DNA from: Cyanobacteria bacterium P01_D01_bin.156
GTDB taxonomy: Bacteria > Cyanobacteriota > Cyanobacteriia > Phormidesmidales > Phormidesmidaceae
Direction of reading: 5' to 3'
Assembly (NCBI GenBank): GCA_039024555.1
Contig: JBCCQQ010000009.1
Span: 1 to 64,000 of the forward strand
Length of the DNA stretch: 64,000 nt
Part shown: positions 10,470-21,094 of the stretch, piece after piece
Position numbering within the stretch: the first letter of the stretch is position 1
How the letters are laid out: every line of letters begins with the position of its first letter
Notes under the pieces: generated by a model
The model's input: only the letters and a program-made list of their open reading frames with translations
What the model was told of the DNA's origin: nothing
The model's database searches: none
Position numbers and translations under genes: made by a program

Positions 10470-12872
10470 TTAACGTTGTTCGACAATGCTTCCTTCCACT
10501 TGGCGAATGTTTGGCTCATCAAAGGGACTACCGCTACCCAACCAATTAAAGTCGCTTAACCGGAACCCAATTGAGCCAGTTTCCCGAGTAGGACTGTAAC
10601 GTAACACTAATCCATAGGTACGACGGCTATATTCGCCCACAATTTCCGTGTTAACTCGTTCATTAGTTTCTAAGTTAATCGAACTTTGAAAGCCCAATAA
10701 AATAGGCCCAAAGATTTGTTGAACTACGCCAAATGTAATAACGCTACGATCTACATTTCGATCGAATCGAAAAGGCGAATTTTCACTCGCAAGTATGGCC
10801 TGGTAGTAGCCTAAATTGAAGCGCGTGTAGTCAAAAAAATTATCGGACAAGTGCCCAAACTGTCCATCTAAACGAATATCCCCAGCTAAGACTTCTTGAA
10901 AATCTCCACTCGTGTAGTACGAGCCCACCCCTAGAAGGCTTAAATTCAAGTTTAAAAAAGGGACCAAAGGTACAGGGGTATACCGTAATCCTTCAGTCTG
11001 AGTAGCTGGTAGCGGTTCTCCACGCCATAAATTAAAGCCTTTTCTCAATCGGGCACTGGCTTGTAAGCGTCCTAAACTGATCCGATTATTACTTCGAGGT
11101 GGTGGATCCAGCAGATCATCACGATCGGTGTTGGCAGTAATCCATTGCCCACCGACTTGATACGTCAGTTTCAAGCCACGGTTGTCTAAGTCAATAACCG
11201 GTGATAGTAAAATGGCTCCAAGACTGGAGCGGACGGTTTGAAACCCTAAGCTGCCATTAAAAAGGCGATCGCGATAGTTATACTCTGTAGCCAGTACATG
11301 ATCGCCAATTAAGTTGCGGTTGCGAATATTGCCACGAATATTCTCTTCGAGGTCATCCAGATTTAAACCCGTAATGGTTGCACGTGCAGATAAGTCTGAA
11401 CGTGGGTTCAAACGTGTATCAAAATCGAGTTCAACACCAAATACATCAGAATCAAACGCATCTCCATCTAGAGCACGTTCTAAAAAATATTGGGGAGTAA
11501 CTGTAAAATTTGTCGATTCATTGCGTACTAAGGGGAATTCACTTTCTAAGAAAATTCCTCCCCGGTCCCGTCCATCGCTACCAATATTGATAGGAAATGG
11601 GTTGACTTGATTAGGATTTACGGCCCCTCGATTGAGCACATAATTCGACCGTACTAACGGCAACGATAGACCTTGGTCAAAAACTAACCTTGGGTCTTCT
11701 GCTGTTAGTAAATCCGCTGTTGGCGACAGAGTAACCAGAGTCATTCTATCGGTGCGGAATTCTAGTTCAGGTGGGGAAAAAGGATCGTTGGTTAATCGAA
11801 CTTCCTCGGCTACCCATGTTTCCGCATCAAAATTCACACGAGCTGCTTCAAACCGTAGTCGGCTTACATCCCCTGAACTGTCTGGAAGAGAGCCGGGTGT
11901 AGTTCCTTGAACACTCGAGCTGATTGTAAAGCCACCAGCATTGGTAACATTGGTGACGTCTTGGTCTGGATTTAGAGGATCAAAAACTGAACGGCTAGTG
12001 ATAGGAGCTTCTAGCGGTGAGGCAAAATCGTTCTCTAGTTCCGGTAGAAAGAATTCTCCACGAGTTTCGTAGAGTGTTCCGGCTTCTTGAAGAAGGTTAT
12101 ATTCGGCACGCTCACCGCGAACTTCCTGTTCGCCGCGAGTTAAAATCACATTGCCTTCAGCCAAAACATATCGATTGACCAAATTAATCCATAACTCGTC
12201 TGCCAACAGAAAAGCATTATTCAGCTTGAACACTACATTGCCACGAGCATTAACGACCTGACGATCCGCATTAAAAATCTGCGTATCCGCTGTAATTTCA
12301 AGTTTGGCAGGGTCTAATGCTCTGGGCTCTGTTTCGGTCAGTGGTTGTTCTGCGGAGTTTAAGGTTGATGTGTCAACTGTTTCGAGCGTGTCGCTCACGT
12401 CCTGTTCAAGAGTACTGTCGGTGCTCTCTTGAGTGATATCAAGTGTTGCTTTCTCAGCGACTCCCTCAAGGTCACCATCTATCGCTGCTTCTGGTAAAGC
12501 ATCATTGCGAGAATGATTATCCACCAGCCCTTCATTGGCAGCATCCGCAGCCTCATCCAAAGTTGCCGCATCGGTGGTGCTCTGTATAGAAGACTCTGGC
12601 TCGACTTCCAGGGGTAAGTCAGGGAGCTGTGCAACGTTAGGGTGTGAAAAATCCTTAGCTTTGTGCTCAGAGAGCTGATGTGATGGGATTAAACTTCTGA
12701 AGCTCTCTGCTGGTGCATAAATACTAACCTCTATACTCTTCTTCTTTTGAGCAGTATATAAAGAGAGCAAGTGCAGTTCCGATCTCTCTCCGGTGGGAGC
12801 TACATCCACGGAAACCGTTGAGAGATGATGGAGTAGCAGTTCAGGAGGTAAATCGATAGGAGCCATAGGCAT
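10470..12872 (-). CDS. LptD/OstA-like outer-membrane LPS assembly protein (DUF3769)
   Basis: OstA-like beta-jellyroll segment (ARGNVVF..ADELW), RLTNDPFSPPELE motif, beta-barrel-like C-terminus. Confidence 0.85.
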   Translation of the reverse strand: MPMAPIDLPPELLLHHLSTVSVDVAPTGERSELHLLSLYTAQKKKSIEVSIYAPAESFRSLIPSHQLSEHKAKDFSHPNVAQLPDLPLEVEPESSIQSTTDAATLDEAADAANEGLVDNHSRNDALPEAAIDGDLEGVAEKATLDITQESTDSTLEQDVSDTLETVDTSTLNSAEQPLTETEPRALDPAKLEITADTQIFNADRQVVNARGNVVFKLNNAFLLADELWINLVNRYVLAEGNVILTRGEQEVRGERAEYNLLQEAGTLYETRGEFFLPELENDFASPLEAPITSRSVFDPLNPDQDVTNVTNAGGFTISSSVQGTTPGSLPDSSGDVSRLRFEAARVNFDAETWVAEEVRLTNDPFSPPELEFRTDRMTLVTLSPTADLLTAEDPRLVFDQGLSLPLVRSNYVLNRGAVNPNQVNPFPINIGSDGRDRGGIFLESEFPLVRNESTNFTVTPQYFLERALDGDAFDSDVFGVELDFDTRLNPRSDLSARATITGLNLDDLEENIRGNIRNRNLIGDHVLATEYNYRDRLFNGSLGFQTVRSSLGAILLSPVIDLDNRGLKLTYQVGGQWITANTDRDDLLDPPPRSNNRISLGRLQASARLRKGFNLWRGEPLPATQTEGLRYTPVPLVPFLNLNLSLLGVGSYYTSGDFQEVLAGDIRLDGQFGHLSDNFFDYTRFNLGYYQAILASENSPFRFDRNVDRSVITFGVVQQIFGPILLGFQSSINLETNERVNTEIVGEYSRRTYGLVLRYSPTRETGSIGFRLSDFNWLGSGSPFDEPNIRQVEGSIVEQR

Positions 12873-13074
12873 TGTGGAAAACGGTCAGAAATACACTGAC
12901 CAACATTAACCCTCTTGAACGCAAGCTCTGAAATAGTACAGTATTCCGCTTATGGCTCACAATACAGACGATGCCTAGAGATATCAGATAACTTGGCTAA
13001 ATATAAGAAACTTGCCAGCTATATTCAGCGAATTCAGCAGGTTACTGTACCAAGCTTTTTTGAAAAAATAACTT

Positions 13075-13118
13075 GCATTAAGAGCTCCTTGGCTAGTCAG
13101 CCAAGGAGCTCTTAATGC
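13075..13118 (-). terminator. Terminator after psbI
   Basis: 20-bp perfect inverted repeat GCATTAAGAGCTCCTTGGCT-AGTC-AGCCAAGGAGCTCTTAATGC. Confidence 0.75.
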
Positions 13119-13151
13119 CTAGGTGTTATGTCACCTAACTAGATTGAGATC

Positions 13152-13268
13152 TTACTCCATGTCCTGGCTGCCGGGATTCCGAGCTGGGTCGCCATTGAGG
13201 AAACCAAAAATGAATAAGCCCACAAAGAAGAAGACGGTGATGTATACAACGATCTTTAGAGTCAGCAT
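13152..13268 (-). CDS. psbI: Photosystem II reaction centre protein I
   Basis: Hand translation [38 protein letters not shown] (38 aa); not in the ORF track. Confidence 0.98.
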   Translation of the reverse strand: MLTLKIVVYITVFFFVGLFIFGFLNGDPARNPGSQDME

Positions 13269-13339
13269 CGGGGATCTCCAAGCACAGACACTTAAATTTA
13301 TAAAATCTATTCTATCGCAACATTGAATTCATCTATGAG

Positions 13340-14221
13340 TTAATCCGAGGCCATTATGGCGACTCCACTGACCATAATGGCAGCGCCTAAAAAACGTTCT
13401 CGCAGTCCTGTTTCGCCAAATATAAGATGTCCAAAGCCCACTGAAATCATGGCGCTCATTCGCTTTACTGCAACGACTTGAGCAACTGGGGCCATGGTTA
13501 ATGCCAAAAACTGTAGCGATATACCAATCGAGAGCAATAGACCAGATAGCAGAATAAATTTGGCTTGTGCTTTTAGCGGTTGAATAACGGCTTGTACACC
13601 CTTTTGCCAAAATTGCTGGGTTACAAATGGCACCATGCCTAGGGTGATGGTGGTTAACAAGGATGTTCCCCAAAACATGGATGAGGAGTTAAGCGTGCCA
13701 ACCTTGTCAAAATTGGCGGTAATACTCCATAAAAAAGCAACTCCTACCATAGAGCGGCTACCAGGATTGGTTGCGATCGCTTTTAGTGGTGCAAGGCTGA
13801 TGCCTTGAGAAGGCTTGAAATTGAGAATATAGGAGCCAATCACCAAAAAGATGACGCCGACTACATCTAATTCGGTAGGCCATTCCTGCACAATAATTGG
13901 CGAGGTGACTAGTAAAAATAGAGGCGTTAGGGTTATGAGAGGAACGGTTAGGGAGAGGTCTGCGATTTTAATAGCTCGAAAGTAGAGCGTAAATGCCAAA
14001 ATATTCAGCCCACCACCGATCAGCACAGCTTGACCGTATTGGGGACCCAGGGGTGGAATTCCTTCTGTAAGCAGCATGATGCAGCCCATCAAAAGCGCTC
14101 CAACGAGGCAGAACCCCATCAGCGCCGAATATTCATTGAGTGATTTTAGAGCCTGTTTCCCAGTAACATCTTTGAGAGATTCGCACAGAGCAGTGCCGCT
14201 AGACAGCAAAAGCCAGAGCAT
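13340..14221 (-). CDS. DMT/EamA family transporter
   Basis: About 10 hydrophobic segments in two EamA-like repeats, with C-terminal FGE..LRERFLGAAIMVSG. Confidence 0.9.
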   Translation of the reverse strand: MLWLLLSSGTALCESLKDVTGKQALKSLNEYSALMGFCLVGALLMGCIMLLTEGIPPLGPQYGQAVLIGGGLNILAFTLYFRAIKIADLSLTVPLITLTPLFLLVTSPIIVQEWPTELDVVGVIFLVIGSYILNFKPSQGISLAPLKAIATNPGSRSMVGVAFLWSITANFDKVGTLNSSSMFWGTSLLTTITLGMVPFVTQQFWQKGVQAVIQPLKAQAKFILLSGLLLSIGISLQFLALTMAPVAQVVAVKRMSAMISVGFGHLIFGETGLRERFLGAAIMVSGVAIMASD

Positions 14222-14224
14222 TCA

Positions 14225-14554
14225 TTAGGCTCCACAACACCGGTCAATACCGAGGCTATCTAGCAGTAAATCTCCGACAGCATTAGCAACGGAAAATTCG
14301 CTGTAGAAACTTTTGGAAAAATCAAAGGACTGCATTTCCGTCAAAATTGCCATCACCAAAGGAATTAGCTCATTTTCTCCTTCCATGCGTTGGCGCACAA
14401 ACACTTGGGATGCTCGTTTGGCGATGTCCTGATTAACAGCTTCTGGTAAAAATTCTGTATCGAGCCACTGCTGCAAAGAGGCCTTGAGCCATTCTCCTTC
14501 CTGTTGGGGGTCGTTGGCAGGGGGTAACGTGACGGATTGAATCGGTTCAGTCAT
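14225..14554 (-). CDS. Conserved hypothetical protein
   Basis: 109-aa ORF (WLDTEFLPE...FSVANAV) directly upstream of the EamA gene. Confidence 0.8.
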   Translation of the reverse strand: MTEPIQSVTLPPANDPQQEGEWLKASLQQWLDTEFLPEAVNQDIAKRASQVFVRQRMEGENELIPLVMAILTEMQSFDFSKSFYSEFSVANAVGDLLLDSLGIDRCCGA

Positions 14555-14675
14555 AGTGATGGCGGCCAGCGATTTTGAGATTCTTTTAAGTCCTTGTTCT
14601 TTTAGGGTAAGTTTTTTTAGGCTACGGTAGAAGTAGGGTTTGAAGAATGTAACGGGCGAGTCCCTCAGTCGTGCA

Positions 14676-15290
14676 ATGGCTTACTCGGTTCCCCACATTT
14701 TGCAATGTTATGCCCAGGGCTATTTTTTAATGGCCGATAGCGACTACCAAACCCTGAATTGGTATTCCAGTTGTCAACGGGCTCTCATTCCATTAGATCA
14801 TCGTTTTCGCTATCCTAAGTCGCTTCGCCGCGTGTTGAATCAGGGGCGATTTGAGGTTGGTTTTAATCGAGATTTTGAGGCTGTGGTTGAGGGCTGTGCA
14901 GCCCGTGAGACCACATGGATATCGGATGAGTTGAAGGCGATCTATCGCATGTTGCATCGGGCAGGCTATGCCCACAGTTTTGAGACCTGGCAAGGGGATC
15001 ATCTGGCTGGCGGTATTTTAGGCATTGTTTTAGGTGGGGCGTTTATCGGGGAGTCGATGTTTTTTAGGATTCCCGATGGTTCGAAAGTAGCGATGGTGAA
15101 ATTAGTAGAGTGGTTGCGATCGCAACATTTCCTTCTATTCGATGCCCAAATGACCAATCCTCACCTGGAACGCTTTGGTGCCTACATCGTTGAAGGCGAA
15201 GTTTACGAAGAGATGCTTTACCAGGCGATTCAACGTCCGTGTCAGTTTCTGCCCTCATCGGCAGCACGTCGTTTTCCAAAAATTACCTAA
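14676..15290 (+). CDS. aat: Leucyl/phenylalanyl-tRNA--protein transferase
   Basis: YAQGYF, TWIS, AHSFETW, FIGESMF and SKVA motifs. Confidence 0.96.
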   Translation: MAYSVPHILQCYAQGYFLMADSDYQTLNWYSSCQRALIPLDHRFRYPKSLRRVLNQGRFEVGFNRDFEAVVEGCAARETTWISDELKAIYRMLHRAGYAHSFETWQGDHLAGGILGIVLGGAFIGESMFFRIPDGSKVAMVKLVEWLRSQHFLLFDAQMTNPHLERFGAYIVEGEVYEEMLYQAIQRPCQFLPSSAARRFPKIT

Positions 15291-15342
15291 CGACACGTCT
15301 AGTCCGCATCAAGTCAATAAACGGTAGGGTAGCTTAGTCATT

Positions 15343-16128
15343 TTGCCTCTGCCCATGGATGTAATTCCTGATATCAGCCCTGGCTTTATTGGAATCAGTT
15401 TTTTAGCTTCGTTTGTGGCGTGCTTTTTCTCCAGTCTGGCTGGCGGTGGTGCGGGGCTGATTTTGCTACCTATTTTGCTGTTGCTGGGTCTGCCCTTTGT
15501 GAATGCGTTAGCCTGCCACAAGCTTGCCGTTGGCTTTATTGGCATTGGTAGTGGTTACCGGTATACCAAGGCCGGGCTGATTGACTGGCAAATGTTTTGG
15601 TGGACTGGATTAGCGGGGGTGCCCTTCGTCATTTTTGGCACTCGATTTGCGAGCCGTCTGTCTGGTGAAACCATGCGACCAATTTTGGGTGTGGTCATTT
15701 TGGTTATGGTGGTTGCCGCTTTACTCCGCAAAACCGATCATTTAGAACATCGACCTCGCCAGATGTCGTCAAGGCTGTGGTGCATTGCTACGCTATTGCT
15801 GCTGCCCATGGCTTTCTACAGTGGATGGATTACTGCCGGGGCAGGCATTTTTACCACCTATCTTTATTTACGCTTTTTTCGTTACGACCAGCTACATGCC
15901 ACGGCCATGACTCTATCGGCCAATGGCATTTTCTGGAACATGATTGGTGCGGTGTCCCATGTGTTTCTGGGGCATACGGTGTGGACGTTGGCTCCTGGGC
16001 TGGTAAGTGGTGCTTTGCTCGGTAGCTACTGTGGTGCCAGTTTAGGAATCAAAAAGGGCAATCGGTTTTTGCGCATGATCTTTCTGATATCAGCATCGAT
16101 TACAGGGGTACTTTTGTTGCGTCAGTAG
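15343..16128 (+). CDS. TSUP (TauE/SafE) family membrane transporter
   Basis: SLAGGGAGLI..P motif repeated as YSGWITAGAG; multiple transmembrane segments. Confidence 0.88.
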   Translation: MPLPMDVIPDISPGFIGISFLASFVACFFSSLAGGGAGLILLPILLLLGLPFVNALACHKLAVGFIGIGSGYRYTKAGLIDWQMFWWTGLAGVPFVIFGTRFASRLSGETMRPILGVVILVMVVAALLRKTDHLEHRPRQMSSRLWCIATLLLLPMAFYSGWITAGAGIFTTYLYLRFFRYDQLHATAMTLSANGIFWNMIGAVSHVFLGHTVWTLAPGLVSGALLGSYCGASLGIKKGNRFLRMIFLISASITGVLLLRQ

Positions 16129-16537
16129 GGATATTGAAATGCAGTCACTAAGGTAGTTGCATCAGCAACCATTGCAAACACAGGGTATTCTCCCAAATTT
16201 TGATTGGCTTGCTGAATGGCTATTCAGCTGGAAAGTGTTGCTCAGAGTGTCTTCTAAATTGTGAGATGTCGTCGCTAAGTAAATAGGTTAACTATCTCGC
16301 TAGAGGCTAGATTTATACGTTTTTGGCTCATAGTAACGTTAGTTCTATGAGAAATCCCAACACTTGACTGGCAGCTCTTTCTTCTCAGAAAAACATAGAA
16401 ACCATTCGTTAAATTCACTAGATATAGCGCTATAAATCCGTTAATCTTAGAACTCACACTCTACGGCTAGTGGCTACCCCAACGCTTTAAGCCACAAAGT
16501 TAAAGAAGTATACTTGTACTAAAAACGGGCGCTTGCT

Positions 16538-19500
16538 ATGTCCTTTGTCGGTTTGCATATCCATAGCGATTACAGTTTGCTCGACGGAGCCAGCCAGTTG
16601 GAGCCGCTTGCCGCCAAGGCTGTAGAAATGGGTATGCCTGCGATCGCACTCACCGATCACGGTGTCATGTACGGGGCCATTGAACTGATCAAAACCTGTA
16701 AAAAAGCAGGCATTAAGCCCATCATCGGCAACGAAATGTACCTGATCAACGGGGACATCACCAAGCAAGAAAAGCGCCCCCGTTACCACCAGGTCATCCT
16801 GGCCAAAAACAATCAGGGCTACAAAAACCTAGTTAAACTCACCACCAAATCCCACCTAGAAGGCGTCCAAGGTCGCGGCATCTTTTCCCGCCCCTGTATC
16901 AACAAAGACCTACTGGAGGAATATCACGAAGGTCTAATCGTTACCAGTGCCTGTCTTGGCGGCGAAGTACCCCAGGCGATTATGCAAAACCGTCTGGATG
17001 TGGCCTACCGGGTGGCCAAGTGGTACAAAGACCTGTTTGGCGAAGACTATTATCTAGAAATCCAAGATCACGGCTCGCCTGAGGACCGCATTGTAAATGT
17101 GGAAATCGTCCGCATCGCCCGTGAGCTCGATATCAAAATCATTGCTACCAACGACTCCCACTTTATTTCCTGTGTGGATGTGGAAGCCCATGACGCCCTG
17201 CTCTGCATCCAAACCGGTAAGCTCGTCACCGAAGACAAGCGCCTGCGCTACAGCGGTACTGAGTATCTAAAATCTGCTGAAGAAATGCGTCGCCTGTTCC
17301 GCGACCACCTGTCCCAGGATGTGATTGACGAAGCGGTTGCCAACACCCTAGAAGTCGCCGAGAAGGTAGAAGAATATGACATTCTCGGCAATCCACAAAT
17401 TCCTAACTTTCCAGTGCCTGAGGGGCATACGGGCGAAACCTACATGGCGAAGGTTTCCCGCGATGGCTTGCTCGAGCGGCTAGAGCTCGAGTCCTACGAT
17501 GAAGCTCCCCAGGAATATCAAGATCGTCTGGAATACGAGATCCAAATGATGCACCAGATGGGTTTTGCTACCTACTTTCTGGTGGTGTGGGACTACATCA
17601 AGTTTGCTCGAGATAACAAAATTCCAGTGGGGCCAGGTCGAGGCTCGGCGGCGGGGTCCCTCGTTGCTTACTGCATGGGCATTACCAATATCGACCCAGT
17701 ACACCACGGATTACTGTTCGAACGGTTCTTAAACCCCGAACGGAAGTCCATGCCTGACGTGGATACCGACTTCTGCATTGAAAAACGGGAACATGTGATT
17801 GAATATGTCACTGAAAAGTATGGTAAAGATCACGTTGCCCAGATTATTACCTTTAACCGTATGACCTCGAAGGCGGTGCTCAAGGATGTGGCCCGCGTGT
17901 TGGATATTCCCTATGGTGAATCCGACAAGATGGCGAAGATGATCCCGGTGGCGCGGGGTAAGCCTGCCAAGCTCAAGGTGATGATCGACCCGGAGAAAAC
18001 GCCGGAGAAGGCATTTCAGGAAAAATATGCCAGTGGTGATCTGGTGCCGGGAACGGCAGTGACGTACCAGCGCTGGTTGGATATGGCTATCACCATTGAA
18101 GGCACCAACAAGACCTTTGGTATGCATGCGGCAGGAGTGGTGATATCGGCCAAGCCATTGGATGAGCTAGTGCCGCTACAGCGTAATAACGATGGTGCCG
18201 TCATCACCCAGTACTACATGGAAGATGTGGAAGCGGTGGGTTTGCTAAAGATGGACTTTTTGGGTCTGCGTAATCTCACCATGATCCAAAAAGCTGTGGA
18301 TTATGTGGAGCAGACCTGCGGCAAAGTGCTGGATATGGATAAGGTTGCTTATAACGATCCAGAAACTTACAAGCTACTGAGTCGCGGCGAGCTGGGCGGA
18401 GTGTTCCAGCTAGAATCATCGGGGATGCGCCAGATTGTGCGTGATTTAAAGCCCGATGGTCTAGATGATATTTCGTCTGTGCTAGCCCTGTATCGACCTG
18501 GTCCGCTAGATGCTGGGCTGATTCCCAAGTTTATTAACCGTAAACACGGTCGTGAACAGATCGATTATCCTCACGAGCTGATCCAGCCGATTTTAGAAGA
18601 AACCTACGGCATCATGATTTTCCAAGAGCAAATCATGAAAATTGCCCAAGATATGGCCGGATATTCTCTGGGTGAAGCAGACCTGCTGCGGAGGGCCATG
18701 GGTAAGAAAAAGCAGTCAGCCATGGATATGCACCGGGGCAAGTTCATTGAGGGATCTGTGGCTAACGGCGTCCCGAAAAAGACGGTGGAAGCGCTGTGGG
18801 ACCAGATGGTGAACTTTGCGCAGTACTGCTTTAACAAAAGTCATTCCATGGCCTATGGCTATGTGACGTATCAGACAGCCTACCTAAAGGCGAACTATCC
18901 GGTTGAGTACATGGCGGCGCTGCTGACGGCCATCAGCGGCGACCAGGATAAGGTACAGATGCATATCGCTAACTGCGTCAGCATGGGGATTGAGGTGCTG
19001 CCGCCGGATGTGAACCGTTCGGGGGTGGACTTTACGCCGGAGGGGACGAGCATTTTGTTTGGTCTATCGGCGGTGCGGAATGTGGGATTGGGGGCGATTG
19101 AAACGCTGATCCAAAGCCGGGAGGAGGATGGGCCGTTTACGTCATTGCCGGAACTGTGCGATCGCATCGATCTCCGCTCCGTCAACCGCCGCGCCCTAGA
19201 AGCCCTAGTTCATTCTGGAGCCCTAGACAGCCTCAATGACAATCGCCGTCAGCTCAATGCCGACCTAGAATTCGTCGTCGACTGGGCTCAATCCCGCGCC
19301 AAGGATCGCGAAATCGGCCAGGGCAATATCTTTGACATGATGCTAGGTGGGACCGACATCAGCACACCAACGCCCGGAAACGGCAACAATGCCGCCGCCT
19401 ATGAAGCTGCCCCGAAGGCTCCAGCCATGGACGATTACGATCCCCAGGAACGACTACGGCTGGAAAAAGAACTCCTGGGCTTCTACATTTCTGACCATCC

Positions 19501-20086
19501 CCTCAAATCAGTGCAGCGACCTGCCCGTATTTTGGCCCCAATTAGCCTAGGTGAACTGGCGGAGCAGCCTGAAAAACTGACTCTCAGCGCCATTGTTATG
19601 ATCAGCGCTATGAAGCCCATCACCACTAAAAAGGGGGATAGCATGGCGGTCCTTCAAATCGAAGACCTTAGCGGTCAAGCAGAAGCAGTCGTATTTCCCC
19701 GCTCCTATGCCCGTATTGGTATGCACATTAAAGCCGATGCCCGTCTGATGGTCTGGGGTAAGGTAGATCGCCGTGATGATCAGGTGCAATTTATTGTGGA
19801 TGATGCCGAACCCATTGAGGATGTTAAGTTAGTCACCATTGAGCTGCCCCCATCTATTGCTGGGGATATTGTGCAGCAAAATCGTTTGCGCAATGTTATC
19901 CAAAACCAGCAAGGTGAAGATAAGCGGGAGGCACGGGTGCCTGTGGTGGCAATGATTACCCACCAAGGCCATCGTCAAGTGGTTCGTCTTGGAGCGCAGT
20001 TCCGTGTCAAAGACCCGAATGAAGCTGTTTCAGCCCTCAAAGCGGCGGCCTTTAAAGCTGAAGCAGCGCCCCTGGTTACTGCTTAG
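16538..20086 (+). CDS. dnaE: DNA polymerase III alpha subunit, contiguous with no intein
   Basis: PHP motif [20 protein letters not shown], catalytic PDVDTDF, KMDFLGL, YCFNKSH and a C-terminal OB fold; 1182 aa uninterrupted. Confidence 0.99.
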   Translation: MSFVGLHIHSDYSLLDGASQLEPLAAKAVEMGMPAIALTDHGVMYGAIELIKTCKKAGIKPIIGNEMYLINGDITKQEKRPRYHQVILAKNNQGYKNLVKLTTKSHLEGVQGRGIFSRPCINKDLLEEYHEGLIVTSACLGGEVPQAIMQNRLDVAYRVAKWYKDLFGEDYYLEIQDHGSPEDRIVNVEIVRIARELDIKIIATNDSHFISCVDVEAHDALLCIQTGKLVTEDKRLRYSGTEYLKSAEEMRRLFRDHLSQDVIDEAVANTLEVAEKVEEYDILGNPQIPNFPVPEGHTGETYMAKVSRDGLLERLELESYDEAPQEYQDRLEYEIQMMHQMGFATYFLVVWDYIKFARDNKIPVGPGRGSAAGSLVAYCMGITNIDPVHHGLLFERFLNPERKSMPDVDTDFCIEKREHVIEYVTEKYGKDHVAQIITFNRMTSKAVLKDVARVLDIPYGESDKMAKMIPVARGKPAKLKVMIDPEKTPEKAFQEKYASGDLVPGTAVTYQRWLDMAITIEGTNKTFGMHAAGVVISAKPLDELVPLQRNNDGAVITQYYMEDVEAVGLLKMDFLGLRNLTMIQKAVDYVEQTCGKVLDMDKVAYNDPETYKLLSRGELGGVFQLESSGMRQIVRDLKPDGLDDISSVLALYRPGPLDAGLIPKFINRKHGREQIDYPHELIQPILEETYGIMIFQEQIMKIAQDMAGYSLGEADLLRRAMGKKKQSAMDMHRGKFIEGSVANGVPKKTVEALWDQMVNFAQYCFNKSHSMAYGYVTYQTAYLKANYPVEYMAALLTAISGDQDKVQMHIANCVSMGIEVLPPDVNRSGVDFTPEGTSILFGLSAVRNVGLGAIETLIQSREEDGPFTSLPELCDRIDLRSVNRRALEALVHSGALDSLNDNRRQLNADLEFVVDWAQSRAKDREIGQGNIFDMMLGGTDISTPTPGNGNNAAAYEAAPKAPAMDDYDPQERLRLEKELLGFYISDHPLKSVQRPARILAPISLGELAEQPEKLTLSAIVMISAMKPITTKKGDSMAVLQIEDLSGQAEAVVFPRSYARIGMHIKADARLMVWGKVDRRDDQVQFIVDDAEPIEDVKLVTIELPPSIAGDIVQQNRLRNVIQNQQGEDKREARVPVVAMITHQGHRQVVRLGAQFRVKDPNEAVSALKAAAFKAEAAPLVTA

Positions 20087-20182
20087 GTGTTAGCAGTTGA
20101 AATATCACACTTAATTTTTGTCACCGTAGGGGGCAGACTTGAGACTTCTACGGCAAACTGAGCCTGTATAAGGGAAATTTAC

Positions 20183-20956
20183 GTGTGGAATATGAGTGAT
20201 TCAATAGATTACAAAACTGCTTTGCGTTGTGTTTATCTATCGAACGAAGCCTATCGCCCATTTGATGATGAGCTTAGGTTTACAGTTTTTCCCAACATTA
20301 AACCTAAGCTCATAGACCAAAAGTCAACTGATACCCAAGTGGCCCTATTAGAAGATGTCGCTAACCAGCGAGGCTATATTGTTTTTCGAGGCAGCAGTGC
20401 CGATCGAGACTGGCTGACAAACCTAGAGTTTTCCAAATGGTCCGTTGCTATTCAAGAAGCTGTACTGCACGAAAGAAATTTGGACTATCCGAAGGAATAT
20501 GGCAAATCTAGTACTGGTGTAAAGCTACATAAGGGGTTTACAAAAGCCTATCTAGCCGTACGTGCCGAGATTCAAGCTGCTGTTAAAGCAAGTGCCATAC
20601 CCCATTGGGTTATCACCGGTCATAGTCTTGGAGGAGCATTAGCGAAACTCTGTGCCGTAGATTTGCAATATAACGTGGGGACTAACGCCTCTTTTCAAGC
20701 GTATACCTTTGGAGCTCCTCGCGTTGGGAACAGTGCCTTTGTTAAATCCTATAATCTTCGTGTCCCTCAAACCTGGCGGTTTGTTAACGGTAATGATATC
20801 GTTTGTGGTTTGCCGCGTCGTTGGCAGGGCTATTCCCATGTTGAGCATCGCCTGCGATTCAATGTGCCGTTTAGCTGGCGAATTATTTCAGGCAGCCTGC
20901 AAGATCACCGAATTGATCGATATATCGCTGCTGTCAGACAGCGTGTTGAAAGTTAG
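20183..20956 (+). CDS. Class 3 lipase family protein
   Basis: VFRGS, LHKGF, ITGHSLGGALA nucleophile elbow, TFGAPRVGN. Confidence 0.93.
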   Translation: MWNMSDSIDYKTALRCVYLSNEAYRPFDDELRFTVFPNIKPKLIDQKSTDTQVALLEDVANQRGYIVFRGSSADRDWLTNLEFSKWSVAIQEAVLHERNLDYPKEYGKSSTGVKLHKGFTKAYLAVRAEIQAAVKASAIPHWVITGHSLGGALAKLCAVDLQYNVGTNASFQAYTFGAPRVGNSAFVKSYNLRVPQTWRFVNGNDIVCGLPRRWQGYSHVEHRLRFNVPFSWRIISGSLQDHRIDRYIAAVRQRVES

Positions 20957-21094
20957 AACTAGAAAAATCGTTGGAATAATAAAAGATTCCTAGGTTCAGG
21001 CTCAGGGCTGGGAGGCGATGGTATATTCCGATTAAGTACCTAACGTTTAGATACCAGTCCCTGCGACGGCATACTGAATACCTGAGGCATAGCT

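Noticed and set aside
13123..13326. 67-aa plus-strand ORF, and likewise the minus-strand ORF 26187-26378
   Set aside because: Antisense shadows of psbI and psbN respectively
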